From: Minisyncoccota bacterium
Lineage (GTDB): Bacteria; Patescibacteriota; Minisyncoccia; Phycocordibacterales; UBA9973
Assembly (NCBI GenBank): GCA_035353995.1
Contig: DAOQAL010000002.1
Span: 99,762-163,761, forward strand
DNA: 64,000 bases
Reading direction: 5' to 3'
Shown here one piece after another: positions 10,614 through 21,925 of the stretch (position 1 is its first letter; the number at the start of each line of letters is the position of its first letter). The notes under the pieces were generated by a model. The model saw only the letters and a program-made list of their open reading frames with translations, did no database searches and was not told the DNA's origin. Position numbers and translations under genes: made by a program.

Positions 10614-11105
10614 ATGGAAGAATTAATTAGTACATTTCACATAGATTGGAAATTAATGATTGCTCAGTTGATAAACTTCGGCTTGGTTTTTCTAGCTCTT
10701 TATTTTATTGCTGCAAAACCACTTAGTAAGCTTATTTCAGATAGAACAAAAGAAATTACAACAGGGCTTGATAATGCAAAAAAAGCTGAATCTGATGTTG
10801 CGAATGCAAATATAAAGAAAGAAGAAATAGTTAAAGAAGCTAAAGAAAATGCAAAAAGCATTTTAGCTACTTCACAAGCTGATGGTAAAGAAATTATCAA
10901 AGAAGCAAAAGAAAAAGCTAGCATCGAAAAAGAAGAAATAATTAAGCAAGCAAAACTTGATGCAGGAAAAGAAAAAAAGAATGCTGAGGAGGAAGTAAGA
11001 AAAGAAGCAGGCGAACTTATTAAAGATGGTGTTAGAAAAATAATGGAAGGTTATGTTTCCGAAGGAAAAGGGGAAGATATTATTAAGGCAATGATTCGTA
11101 AATAA
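10614..11105 (+). CDS. atpF: F0F1 ATP synthase subunit b
   Basis: N-terminal TM helix followed by a long charged coiled coil. Position is between atpE and atpH. Confidence 0.7.
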   Translation: MEELISTFHIDWKLMIAQLINFGLVFLALYFIAAKPLSKLISDRTKEITTGLDNAKKAESDVANANIKKEEIVKEAKENAKSILATSQADGKEIIKEAKEKASIEKEEIIKQAKLDAGKEKKNAEEEVRKEAGELIKDGVRKIMEGYVSEGKGEDIIKAMIRK

Positions 11106-11109
11106 TATT

Positions 11110-11484
11110 ATGATTAAATCAAAACAACTAGCTCGTGCATTATTCGAGTTGTCTGAAAAGAAAATAGAAAATCTAGATGCTAAGTTTTTTGATTTTATAG
11201 AAAAAAGAAATTTGCAAGCACAGTTGCCTTCTGTTCTATATCATTTTGAAAAAATTATAGAGCAAGATCGTGAGAAAAAGGGTATTCAAATAGAAGTTGC
11301 ACACGAAATTAAAAATGATACGGTAAATGGAATAAAAAAATATTTGAAAGCCGAAAATCTACCAGAAGTTGTAAAAATAAAAAAAGAACTTATTGGCGGA
11401 TTCAGAGCAAAATGGAATGGAGTTATATATGATTCATCCATATTAACAGGATTAAAAAAGTTGGAAAAAAATATTACAAATTAA
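11110..11484 (+). CDS. atpH: F0F1 ATP synthase subunit delta (short, 124 aa)
   Basis: Position between b and alpha subunits and helical OSCP-like composition. It is markedly shorter than the canonical ~180 aa delta. Confidence 0.5.
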   Translation: MIKSKQLARALFELSEKKIENLDAKFFDFIEKRNLQAQLPSVLYHFEKIIEQDREKKGIQIEVAHEIKNDTVNGIKKYLKAENLPEVVKIKKELIGGFRAKWNGVIYDSSILTGLKKLEKNITN

Positions 11485-11496
11485 AAAATTCCGCTA

Positions 11497-13002
11497 TTGC
11501 GGATAAGAAAAATTATGAGCGCGAATACAACAATAGAAAATTTAAAAAAGAGAATTGCAGGTTTCCAAGGAGGAGCTGATAGTTATGAATATGGAACCGT
11601 TATGAGTATTGCAGACGGAATTGCAAAAATTTCTGGTCTTGCAAAATGTCAGTCTTCTGAAATGGTTTCATTTGAATCAGGTGCGGTTGGACTTGCGCTT
11701 AACCTTGAAGAAGATTCTATTGGTGCTATTGTGCTCGGAGATTTTTCAAAAATCAAAGAAGGTGAAACAGTAAAAAGAACTAACAAAATTCTTTCCATTC
11801 CTGTAGGTGAAAATTTTATTGGAAGAGTTGTAAATCCATTAGGTGCTCCAATAGATGAAGCTGGTGCTATAAAAGAAAATACTTTTTATCCTGTTGAAAA
11901 AATTGCTCCTGGTGTTATGACACGTGAACCAGTTAAGACTCCTGTTCAGACAGGTATTAAATCAATAGACGCTATGATACCTATTGGTCGTGGACAGCGT
12001 GAACTTATCATTGGTGACAGACAGACAGGAAAAACTGCTATTGCTATTGATACAATAATAAATCAAAAAGGACAAAATTTAATTTGTATCTATGTTGCTA
12101 TTTCACAAAAGCAATCAAAAGTTGCTCGTATCGTTTCAAAATTGCGTGAATCTGGAGCAATGGATTACACAATTGTTGTTTCTGCTGGTGCTGCAGATGG
12201 TCCAGCATTTTCTTATCTTGCTCCTTATTCTGGATGTGCATTAGCTGAATATTTTTCTGATAAAGGAAAAGATGTTTTAATAATTTATGATGATCTTTCT
12301 AAACATTCTGTAGCATACAGAGAGATTTCTCTTCTCTTGCGTCGTCCACCAGGTCGTGAAGCATATCCTGGAGATGTTTTTTATCTACATTCACGTTTGC
12401 TAGAGAGAGCTTGTCGTTTAAATAAAAATTATGGAGGAGGTTCAATAACAGCTTTGCCTATTATTGAAACTCAAGCTGGAGACTTGTCAGCATATATTCC
12501 TACAAATGTTATTTCTATTACAGATGGACAAATTTTCTTGGAGACAGGTCTTTTTTATAAAGGAATTCGTCCTGCAATTAATGCTGGTCTTTCTGTATCT
12601 CGTGTAGGTTCTTCTGCTCAAATTAAGTCAATGAAAAAAGTTGCAGGTAAAATGAAATTGGCTATGGCACAGTTTCGTGAGATGGAATCTTTTGCTCAAT
12701 TTGATTCCGACCTTGATCAAGAAACCAAAAAAGCAATTGGTAGAGGTAGGAGAGTTACAGAACTTATGAAACAAGATCAATATTCTCCAATACCTGTTGC
12801 TAAACAAATTTGTTCTATTTATGCTGTTAACGAAGGTTACTTAGATGAATTAGAAGTTACAGAAATTAAAGCATGGGAAGAAAACTTTTATGCTTTCTTA
12901 GAAAGATCAAAAAAGAATTTTCTTGTTGAATTAGTTAAAGATTGGAATGAGAAAATTGAAAAAGAATTGAAAGATACAATAAAAGAATTTATGGGAAATT
13001 AA
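11497..13002 (+). CDS. atpA: F0F1 ATP synthase subunit alpha
   Basis: Walker A GDRQTGKT and conserved alpha-subunit blocks. Length 501 aa. Confidence 0.9.
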   Translation: MRIRKIMSANTTIENLKKRIAGFQGGADSYEYGTVMSIADGIAKISGLAKCQSSEMVSFESGAVGLALNLEEDSIGAIVLGDFSKIKEGETVKRTNKILSIPVGENFIGRVVNPLGAPIDEAGAIKENTFYPVEKIAPGVMTREPVKTPVQTGIKSIDAMIPIGRGQRELIIGDRQTGKTAIAIDTIINQKGQNLICIYVAISQKQSKVARIVSKLRESGAMDYTIVVSAGAADGPAFSYLAPYSGCALAEYFSDKGKDVLIIYDDLSKHSVAYREISLLLRRPPGREAYPGDVFYLHSRLLERACRLNKNYGGGSITALPIIETQAGDLSAYIPTNVISITDGQIFLETGLFYKGIRPAINAGLSVSRVGSSAQIKSMKKVAGKMKLAMAQFREMESFAQFDSDLDQETKKAIGRGRRVTELMKQDQYSPIPVAKQICSIYAVNEGYLDELEVTEIKAWEENFYAFLERSKKNFLVELVKDWNEKIEKELKDTIKEFMGN

Positions 13003-13010
13003 TTTATTTT

Positions 13011-13952
13011 ATGCCATTAGCAACTAAAGCAATAAAACAGAAGATAAAGTCAGTTGGAAGCATTGGAAAAATCACCAAAACAATGGAGATGGTTTCTGTT
13101 TCTAAAATGCGTCGTGCTGTTGATCAGGCGCTTTCTTCACGTTCTTATTCCCATTATGCTTTAGAGCTTTTGGTTAATTTATCAAAAGATAAAAATGTTT
13201 CTAATCTTTTAATGTTAGTTTCAAAAAAGGCAGAGGTATCAAATAAAGAATTGATTATAGTTGTTGCAAGTAATAAAGGACTTTGTGGTGGTTATCATAC
13301 AAATTTATTTAAAGCCCTCTCTTCTTATGTAAATAGAAAAGAAACAAATAATAAAGAAATACAATCAGTAACTATAGGTAAACATGCCGAAAAAATTTGT
13401 AAAAAATTAGGAATACAAAATTTTGCCAGTTTCATTACTTTTTCTGAAGCTTCTTCAATTGAACAAACTAGAGAATTATCTGCTTTGCTTGCTCACGAAT
13501 TTACAGAAGGTAATTTTTCTAGTATAAAAATTTTATATACTGAATTTTTAAAATCCACAATATACAAACCAGTTTTGAGAGAAATTTTTCCAATAAGTGT
13601 TGAAACTATAAAAAATATTTTGGAAGTATCTTCAACTGAAGTACTTTCTGGAGAAGAAACAGCTGGAAAAATATCAAATTTTGATTTTACTGATTATAAA
13701 TTTGAACCAGATTTAAATACAATTTTAGGAAATATTTTACCAGGATTAGTTGATGTAGTTATTTATCAAACTCTTGCTGAAGCTTTTGCGTCAGAACACT
13801 CTGCTCGTATGTTTGCAATGAAGAATGCTGAAGACAGCGCAACTGCAATATTACATTCTTTAACATTACAATACAATCATGCAAGACAAGATGGTATAAC
13901 GAGAGAACTTTCAGAAATTGTTGGTGGAGCAGAAGCATTAGCAAATAATTAA
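13011..13952 (+). CDS. atpG: F0F1 ATP synthase subunit gamma
   Basis: 313 aa. N-terminal IKSVGSIGKITKTMEMVS and C-terminal ITRELSEIVGGAEAL helices typical of gamma. Confidence 0.85.
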   Translation: MPLATKAIKQKIKSVGSIGKITKTMEMVSVSKMRRAVDQALSSRSYSHYALELLVNLSKDKNVSNLLMLVSKKAEVSNKELIIVVASNKGLCGGYHTNLFKALSSYVNRKETNNKEIQSVTIGKHAEKICKKLGIQNFASFITFSEASSIEQTRELSALLAHEFTEGNFSSIKILYTEFLKSTIYKPVLREIFPISVETIKNILEVSSTEVLSGEETAGKISNFDFTDYKFEPDLNTILGNILPGLVDVVIYQTLAEAFASEHSARMFAMKNAEDSATAILHSLTLQYNHARQDGITRELSEIVGGAEALANN

Positions 13953-13974
13953 TTAAAAAAATAACAAGTCGTAA

Positions 13975-15387
<1,413 letters not shown>

Positions 15388-15414
15388 ATTCTTTAAATTT
15401 AATTTCCAAAAACA

Positions 15415-15675
15415 ATGCATACTTTAAAAGTAACAGTTATATCAAAAGAAAAAATAGTTTACGAGGGAGATGCTGAAGCAGTATTTGCCTCTACTCAAAC
15501 TGGAATAATAGAAATTTTGCCTGGACATATTCAGTTGGTTTCTGCATTGGCAAAAGGACAAATTATTGTAAAAACAAAAGATGGTGAACAAAATAAAATA
15601 TTTAAAGTATTAAGTGGTGTTGTTGAGGTAAGAAAAGGAAGCAGTGTCATAATTTTAGCTGATATAGAAGAATAA
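15415..15675 (+). CDS. atpC: F0F1 ATP synthase subunit epsilon
   Basis: 86 aa beta-sandwich-type sequence immediately after atpD. Confidence 0.7.
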   Translation: MHTLKVTVISKEKIVYEGDAEAVFASTQTGIIEILPGHIQLVSALAKGQIIVKTKDGEQNKIFKVLSGVVEVRKGSSVIILADIEE

Positions 15676-15823
15676 TATAATAATAGTTATCTCTTAAACT
15701 ATAACAATAAATTCATAATTAAAAGGCTTTTATAACAGCTTTATTTTAATGTTCGCAAATGTGATTATTTTGCTTGCACAAAATGAATACATTTTTTATA
15801 ATTTCAGTATGGAGCATGTAACC

Positions 15824-16264
15824 ATGAAAATAGAAAGTTTTGCTTTCTCGAATGGAAACAGTATTCCAAGTCGTTTTACTTGTGATGGAGAAAATATAAA
15901 TCCACAACTTTTGTTTAAAAATGTTCCACAGAAAGCAAAAAGTTTAGCATTGATTATGGAAGACCCTGACGCTCCAATTAGAACATGGGTTCATTGGCTA
16001 TTGTGGAATATTTCTCCTGAAATAACTGAAATAAGTCAAGATAGTACTCCAGAAGGTGCTGTTGTTGGATTAAATAGTTCTGATAAAAATGAATATGAAG
16101 GACCATGTCCACCTTCAGGTTCACATCGTTACTTCTTTAAATTATATGCTCTTGATACAATACTTTCTCTTAAAGAAAACACAATGAAGGAAGAATTATT
16201 GAGCGCAATGAAGGGTCATATTGTAGAAAAATCAGAATTTTTTGGAAGATATCAAAGAAAATAA
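15824..16264 (+). CDS. YbhB/YbcL (PEBP, Raf-kinase-inhibitor-like) family protein
   Basis: DPDAP, HW and GxHRY PEBP motifs (EDPDAPIRTWVHW ... GSHRYFFKLYALD). Start is moved to ATG 15824 (MKIESF), preceded by a GGAG. The upstream part of the tracked ORF looks like leader sequence. Confidence 0.7.
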   Translation: MKIESFAFSNGNSIPSRFTCDGENINPQLLFKNVPQKAKSLALIMEDPDAPIRTWVHWLLWNISPEITEISQDSTPEGAVVGLNSSDKNEYEGPCPPSGSHRYFFKLYALDTILSLKENTMKEELLSAMKGHIVEKSEFFGRYQRK

Positions 16265-16276
16265 TCATTTAAAATA

Positions 16277-16318
16277 AAAAACGCCTAGTCGAATTTGATA
16301 TTTGACATGGCGTTTTTT
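16277..16318. terminator. bidirectional intrinsic terminator-like hairpin
   Basis: AAAAACGCC ... GGCGTTTTT inverted repeat between the convergent PEBP gene and the 16356..16823(-) ORF. Confidence 0.45.
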
Positions 16319-16355
16319 CATTAAGACTCTACTACTGTTTTGATATATCAGTCTG

Positions 16356-16823
16356 TCAGTCTCTCCATATGACTCTGCCACATAGATAAAATTTTTCTGG
16401 TCCGGGAAGAAACTTATTTTCATTAAAAAATTTCTCGAGCAGTTCTTTGAATTTTTTTTCTTTCTCTGCATTTATCGGGTTAAAAAAATTATAGATAAAG
16501 TATTCGACAGAGCCGTCCGTGCTGAAACATATTTTAGTCCAGCAGTTTGATAGTCCTCCCCAGCGGAAACCATTTTGTTGTAGGTAGTAGCCAATTTGAT
16601 TAAGGAAATCATTCCTTTTAGGGAATACAACGGAATCGAAATAATTTTTCTGGAATACTGATTTTTTGATGTCAGAATCAGGTATTCCGTTTCGGTAGAC
16701 TTCATCAATTTTTGCAATTGAAAGATTTTTTTCTTCAAGCTCATAGATGCTCAAAGCTTTTCCTTGTGCGAAAAGGGCAATGGAAAAGAGAAAAATCGGA
16801 AAAAACAGAATAATCTTTTTCAT
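16356..16823 (-). CDS. secreted hypothetical protein
   Basis: 155 aa with a clear N-terminal signal peptide (MKKIILFFPIFLFSIALFAQG). No recognisable domain. Confidence 0.4.
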   Translation of the reverse strand: MKKIILFFPIFLFSIALFAQGKALSIYELEEKNLSIAKIDEVYRNGIPDSDIKKSVFQKNYFDSVVFPKRNDFLNQIGYYLQQNGFRWGGLSNCWTKICFSTDGSVEYFIYNFFNPINAEKEKKFKELLEKFFNENKFLPGPEKFYLCGRVIWRD

Positions 16824-16940
16824 AGGCTTCTTTTTATGTTATGGAACAATTTTTTACTTGTTTCAATTTAATCAGATTTATACCAAGTTGTCAAGAATAA
16901 AATTTTTCGTATACAGAGAAATTTTTGTTATACTCAAAAT

Positions 16941-17612
16941 ATGAGTAAATTTTATGTTGTTGCAACTCCAATTGGAAATATGGAAGATATCACACTACGT
17001 GCTATTAGGGTCTTGAAAGAGGTTGATTTAATTTTATGTGAAGACACTAGAACAACAAAAAATCTTTTAGATAAATATGAAATAAAAAATAAAACTATGA
17101 GCTATCACGCTCAAAGTAAATTATCCAAGATGGATAAAATTTTTGAATTATTGAAAGAGGGGAAAAATTTAGCTCTTGTGTCAGATGCAGGCACACCAAC
17201 AATATCTGATCCTGGTGCAATGCTTATTTCTAAAATAAAAGAAAAATTTGATGATGTACAAATAATTCCAATCCCTGGTGCATCTGCTGTTATATCTGCA
17301 TTGTCAGCGTCCGGACTTCCAACTCATGAATTTACATTTATTGGCTTTCTTCCACATAAAAAGGGGAGAGAAACTATATTTAAAGAAATAGCTGAAGCAA
17401 AAAGAACAATTGTTTTTTACGAGTCTACGCATAGAATTTTAAAAACCTTAGAATCTCTAAATAATTTTTGTCCAAATAAAAAAGTTTGTATGGCTAGAGA
17501 AATTACAAAAATTTATGAAGAATTTAAAAATGGAAGTCCAGCTGAACTTTTAGAATATCTAATTAAAAACCCAATCAAACAAAAAGGTGAATTTACTGTT
17601 TTAGTATTTTAA
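16941..17612 (+). CDS. rsmI: 16S rRNA (cytidine1402-2'-O)-methyltransferase
   Basis: N-terminus FYVVATPIGNMEDITLRAIRVLKEVDLILCEDTR is the RsmI/tetrapyrrole-methylase-like signature. Confidence 0.85.
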   Translation: MSKFYVVATPIGNMEDITLRAIRVLKEVDLILCEDTRTTKNLLDKYEIKNKTMSYHAQSKLSKMDKIFELLKEGKNLALVSDAGTPTISDPGAMLISKIKEKFDDVQIIPIPGASAVISALSASGLPTHEFTFIGFLPHKKGRETIFKEIAEAKRTIVFYESTHRILKTLESLNNFCPNKKVCMAREITKIYEEFKNGSPAELLEYLIKNPIKQKGEFTVLVF

Positions 17613-17699
17613 ATTTTGTTATTTATTTATTTTAAGAAGAAAATTGACGATTCTGTCTGCTAGTGGTAAGATATAAGAAAATAGTAATGGTAACATTTT

Positions 17700-17742
17700 G
17701 TTGACTGTCCCAAGAACCTTCTAGATTTTTGGGATAGTCAAC
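17700..17742. promoter_or_regulatory. 14-bp inverted repeat (GTTGACTGTCCCAA / TTGGGATAGTCAAC) upstream of the 17779 ORF
   Basis: Seen directly. One mismatch, 15-nt spacer, and a T-rich tract follows. Candidate operator or terminator. Confidence 0.3.
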
Positions 17743-17778
17743 GAATTTTTGTTTAACCAATTGAAAACTAAATAAAAA

Positions 17779-18168
17779 ATGGCAATTTTAGAAAAAAGAG
17801 AATTTTCATTAGAAGAGAACAAAGAAATCAAGTCAGCATTATTAGGAATTAAATCTCTCGTGATTTTTACGTTGTCTGCTATTGGAAATAATTTTGGTTT
17901 GTCCGATATAGAAAAAGCTAAAACTATTTTTAGTGGATTGAAAAAAATAGAATCAGTTGACACTGAAATGTTGGACAATTTTGATTGGGAAAAAGTTTTT
18001 TTTGGAGAGGATTGGTCTTCTATAATTTTAGTCGCAATAAATTTAAGGTTTGGTTATTATAATCAGAGCAATTTTTGCGAAAAACAATTTAGAACTCTAA
18101 AAAAATATTTTCCTAATTTACAGATTCTGAAAGCTGTGCGAATTAATGAATACGCTGAGTCTAATTAG
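17779..18168 (+). CDS. hypothetical protein
   Basis: 129 aa ORF with no recognisable motif, bounded by the upstream inverted repeat and a downstream terminator. Confidence 0.35.
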   Translation: MAILEKREFSLEENKEIKSALLGIKSLVIFTLSAIGNNFGLSDIEKAKTIFSGLKKIESVDTEMLDNFDWEKVFFGEDWSSIILVAINLRFGYYNQSNFCEKQFRTLKKYFPNLQILKAVRINEYAESN

Positions 18169-18182
18169 ACTCAGCTTTTTTT
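18154..18182. terminator. intrinsic terminator (bidirectional)
   Basis: GCTGAGTCTAATTAGACTCAGC perfect hairpin followed by a T7 run. It lies between convergent genes. Confidence 0.65.
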
Positions 18183-20115
18183 ATAATAAATCTTCAGGAT
18201 CAATATTTATATAAAATGATGGTGGTAGGGAAATTAGTTTATTTAAAAGATTCTGATCTATTGATGTTTTTGAAGAGATTTCTGGTAATGACCATTTATT
18301 TGTATCAACTTTTATTAATATATTAGTGATATATTTGTTTTTTTGTTTTGATATAAAGCCACTAAAAATTTCTGGGTTGTAATCTTTAAAAAATTCACTT
18401 AATGTTTTTTTTGTATTTATTGTATTTTCTTTATCGCCAAAATAAGTTATTTTAATAAAACGCTTATATGGAGGATATCCTAATTTTTTTCTATCTTCCA
18501 ATTCATCTCTTACGAAAGAAAGTAAATTTTCATTTATAATAGATTTTACTGCTAAATCTTTTTCATTTTTTGTTTCTATAATAAATCTTTTTTCAGTTTT
18601 AGAAATTATGGAAGTTAAAATTTGAATAATTTTTTCACTAATTTTAAAATTTGGTATACTCCAAAGCGAATCGAAAGAAGCAATTATTGAAAGTGGTATT
18701 TTATTTTTTAAATAAAATAATGCCATTTCTGTTCCTATAAGTATTGCTCCAGAAGATTCTTCAAAATCATCAACTATTTTTTCTGCTTGTTTTTTTGTTT
18801 TAGCAGATTCTTTATCTAATTTAAATATTTTATTTTCTGGGAAAAAAGTTTTTATTTCTTCGAAAACTGTTTGTGTGCCAATTCCTAAAGGCATTAAATT
18901 CCATCCTCCACAATTTGTACACCTTGTCCTTGGATCCATTTCTTCTCCACATTTATTGCAAACGAACATTCTTTTATTTCCATCTCGTGATAAGTAAAGC
19001 ACTATTGGAGCCATACATTTAGTACAATTTACAGTTTCATTGCAATCTTTGCATATTGTTGTTGTAGCTAAACCTTTTCTTAGGGTAAAAATAAATACAT
19101 TTTCCTTTTTTGCTATAGAGTTTTGTATTTCTTTTAAGGTTTCATTTGTCAAAATTTTAAATTTGCTGTCTGTTTTTGGAGGAAATTCTATTTCTCCATT
19201 AAAATTTAGCCTAAAAGACAAAGGATGTATTTCACTAAAATTATCTATTTCTCTTCTTGCTGTTGTTTCAAAACGTAATAATGAATCTGCTAGTATAAAT
19301 TTTGCATTTATTTTAGAAGCAAAAATTTCTGCAAAAATTCTAAAATCCAAATGGTTTTTACCTATAGTTTTATAAGCACTAGAATTTTCGTTTTCAATTA
19401 TTATTGTTTCTAAATCATAACGTGGAATAGATAAGTAAGGAACTGTACCGAGTATTAGCATTGGATGCTCTGATGTCAATATCTTTTCCATATTCTCAAT
19501 TTGTTTTTTGTGAGTTAGTCCTCCATGTATTGATATTGCAAAATTTTCAATACCTTTGAATAATGATTCAGAAAAAATATCTATATCATGCTCTGTAGGT
19601 AATACTATAAAAATTGATTTTTTCTTTGCAAAAGATTCACGAATTAATGTTTTATAAAAAGATATTCTTTCAGAAAAGGGTGCTTGAAAAAGTAATTTTT
19701 CTGGTTTCATTTTTAATATTTCTTTTTTTTCAAATGCATTTTCTTTTTGTGTTCCATTTATTATTTTAGATATTTTATCGTATCCCTCTTTAAAGGCTGA
19801 TGGTATTACAAAAGAAATCAAATTGCTTTTATTTGATGCAAAATATTTACTAGCTAAAATTGCTGAGTCTAGAAATTCTTTTCTAAAAATAGATATACCT
19901 TTTACGTCTATTATTTTTTTTAAATCAAAATCAAGTTCCTTTATTTTTGATTTTATATTTACAACTTCTTCTGAAGATATAGTAAGACCCAATATTTTTT
20001 TATTGCGTATTGATATGCTTACGATGCTACCATCAGGTATATCTTTTGCTGAAAAATACGTTAAATTATCATTTAAGACTCCTTTTTTAAACGGAATTAC
20101 CGATACAGCTTTCAT
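18181..20115 (-). CDS. priA: primosomal protein N' (PriA)-like, ATPase motifs degenerate
   Basis: C-terminal 4xCxxC zinc-binding region (CKDCNETVNCTKC ... CNKCGEEMDPRTRCTNCGG) and PriA C-terminal domain blocks (ILIGTEMA, LGYPPYKRF). The positions aligning to Walker A and DEEH read PFSERISF and ENEN. Confidence 0.75.
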   Translation of the reverse strand: MKAVSVIPFKKGVLNDNLTYFSAKDIPDGSIVSISIRNKKILGLTISSEEVVNIKSKIKELDFDLKKIIDVKGISIFRKEFLDSAILASKYFASNKSNLISFVIPSAFKEGYDKISKIINGTQKENAFEKKEILKMKPEKLLFQAPFSERISFYKTLIRESFAKKKSIFIVLPTEHDIDIFSESLFKGIENFAISIHGGLTHKKQIENMEKILTSEHPMLILGTVPYLSIPRYDLETIIIENENSSAYKTIGKNHLDFRIFAEIFASKINAKFILADSLLRFETTARREIDNFSEIHPLSFRLNFNGEIEFPPKTDSKFKILTNETLKEIQNSIAKKENVFIFTLRKGLATTTICKDCNETVNCTKCMAPIVLYLSRDGNKRMFVCNKCGEEMDPRTRCTNCGGWNLMPLGIGTQTVFEEIKTFFPENKIFKLDKESAKTKKQAEKIVDDFEESSGAILIGTEMALFYLKNKIPLSIIASFDSLWSIPNFKISEKIIQILTSIISKTEKRFIIETKNEKDLAVKSIINENLLSFVRDELEDRKKLGYPPYKRFIKITYFGDKENTINTKKTLSEFFKDYNPEIFSGFISKQKNKYITNILIKVDTNKWSLPEISSKTSIDQNLLNKLISLPPSFYINIDPEDLL

Positions 20116-20152
20116 GTTTTTATTCTATCATAAATTGTGATATATTTACTTT

Positions 20153-21166
20153 ATGGGAATTTTTTCAAAAAAATTAGGTATAGATTTAGGTACTGCAAAT
20201 ACTCTAGTATTTTTGCCTGGAAAAGGAGTAGTTTTAAATGAACCTTCTGTTGTGGCTGTTTCTGAACAAGATAATAAAATTTTAGCTATTGGTTTTGAGG
20301 CAAAAGATATGGTTGGAAAAACACCTGATTCTATTATCACATATCGTCCAATGAAAGATGGTGTAATAGCAGATTACAGAGTTACAGAAGCGATGTTAAG
20401 GTATTTTATAAATAAAGCATTGGGTAAATTTAATCTTTTTAAACCAGATGTTATGGTTTCTGTTCCCGCAGGAGTTACATCTACTGAAAGAAGAGCTGTT
20501 GTTGAAGCGGCAATTAGAGCGGGGGCAAAAAATGCTTATGTTGTTAAAGAACCAATTTTAGCTGCAATAGGCGCTGGTATTCCTATTCATGAATCAAAAG
20601 GTCATATGATCGTAGATATAGGTGGTGGAACAACAGATGTTGCAGTTATATCGCTTGGTGGAATTGTTGCATCTACTTCTGTTAAATGTGCTGGAAATAA
20701 AATAGATCAAGCAATTGCGGATTATATTAAAAAAACATTCAACTTAGCTATAGGTGATAGAACGGCCGAGGAAGTAAAAATAAAAATTGGTGCAGCAGTT
20801 ATTCTTGAAGAAGAATTAAGAGTAACAATTAAAGGACGTGATTTTATTCAAGGGTTACCACGTTCTGTACAAGTTGGTACAAATGAAATTGTGAAATCTA
20901 TTGATACTGAATTAAAACAAATAATAAAAGCTATAAAAACTGTCCTTCAAGAAACTCCGCCAGAGATTGCATCTGATATAATTGATAATGGTATAACTAT
21001 GACAGGAGGTTCTTCAATGTTAAGAAATCTACCTGATTTGGTTTATAGAAAAACAGGAGTAAAAGCTACATTAGCAGAAGATGCTATATTTTGTGTTGCA
21101 AAAGGAACTGGAATTGCATTGGAACATCTAGATGTTTACAAGAAAACTATTTTAAGTAAAAAATAA
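20153..21166 (+). CDS. mreB: rod shape-determining protein MreB
   Basis: GIDLGTANTLVF and actin-fold phosphate/adenosine motifs. Length 337 aa. Confidence 0.9.
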   Translation: MGIFSKKLGIDLGTANTLVFLPGKGVVLNEPSVVAVSEQDNKILAIGFEAKDMVGKTPDSIITYRPMKDGVIADYRVTEAMLRYFINKALGKFNLFKPDVMVSVPAGVTSTERRAVVEAAIRAGAKNAYVVKEPILAAIGAGIPIHESKGHMIVDIGGGTTDVAVISLGGIVASTSVKCAGNKIDQAIADYIKKTFNLAIGDRTAEEVKIKIGAAVILEEELRVTIKGRDFIQGLPRSVQVGTNEIVKSIDTELKQIIKAIKTVLQETPPEIASDIIDNGITMTGGSSMLRNLPDLVYRKTGVKATLAEDAIFCVAKGTGIALEHLDVYKKTILSKK

Positions 21167-21171
21167 TTTCT

Positions 21172-21897
21172 ATGGAAATAATAGAATATTTTGACAAGGA
21201 TAATTTGCATCATGCTTATTTAATAGAAGGAACAAAGGAGAAAATATTACCTAATATTTTATTTTTTGTTAATAGTCTAGGAATAAAAACTTCTGGAAAC
21301 CCTGATTTTTGTAATTTAGAATTAGATTCTTTTACCATTGAAGATGCAAGAAATTTGAAATCAATGGGATCACAAAATGGTTTTTCTAATAATAAAAAAA
21401 TTTTTATTATATCGGCAAATAATTTTTTAATTGAAGCGCAGAATACATTACTTAAAATTTTTGAAGAACCAATAGAAAATACTCATTTTTTCTTAATCGT
21501 ACCAGATGCAAATATTTTTTTACCTACTTTGTTTTCTAGATTTTATTTTATAAAAACAAAACCAGATCTAAATGAAGAAATTAAAATAGCTGAAGAATTT
21601 ATATCACTTTCAAAAAAAGACAGAATTGCATTTCTTAAGGATAATTTAAAAGAAGAAGAATATGATGACGATTTCGAGAAATTATCAAAAGATTCAGTGA
21701 GGTCAAAAGCAATAAGATTTTTAAATGCCCTTGAAGTTGTTTTGCACAATAAATATTTTTTAAATAAAAATTTTAAAGAAGATGCAGATATCAATTTTTT
21801 TGATCAAATTTTAAAAGTACGGGCATATTTAAATCAACCAGGTTCTTCAATGAAAAACCTTATGGATTCAATTGCATTAAATATCCCCAGTTTCTAG
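21172..21897 (+). CDS. holB: DNA polymerase III delta' subunit-like
   Basis: HAYLIEG, KKIFIISANNFLIEAQNTLLKIFEEP and TLFSRF blocks align with HolB/DnaX clamp-loader regions. There is no Walker A, as expected for delta'. Confidence 0.6.
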   Translation: MEIIEYFDKDNLHHAYLIEGTKEKILPNILFFVNSLGIKTSGNPDFCNLELDSFTIEDARNLKSMGSQNGFSNNKKIFIISANNFLIEAQNTLLKIFEEPIENTHFFLIVPDANIFLPTLFSRFYFIKTKPDLNEEIKIAEEFISLSKKDRIAFLKDNLKEEEYDDDFEKLSKDSVRSKAIRFLNALEVVLHNKYFLNKNFKEDADINFFDQILKVRAYLNQPGSSMKNLMDSIALNIPSF

Positions 21898-21925
21898 ATT
21901 TATAATTAAATGCTACAATACAAAT

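Noticed and set aside
15749-15823. Upstream extension of the PEBP-family ORF.
   Set aside because: The PEBP homology starts at MKIESF (15824) with a GGAG just upstream. The extension is hydrophobic, low-complexity and unconserved.
16747-16944. 65-aa plus-strand ORF upstream of rsmI.
   Set aside because: It overlaps the 5' end of the minus-strand secreted-protein gene and its promoter region. It is low-complexity and hydrophobic, so likely spurious.
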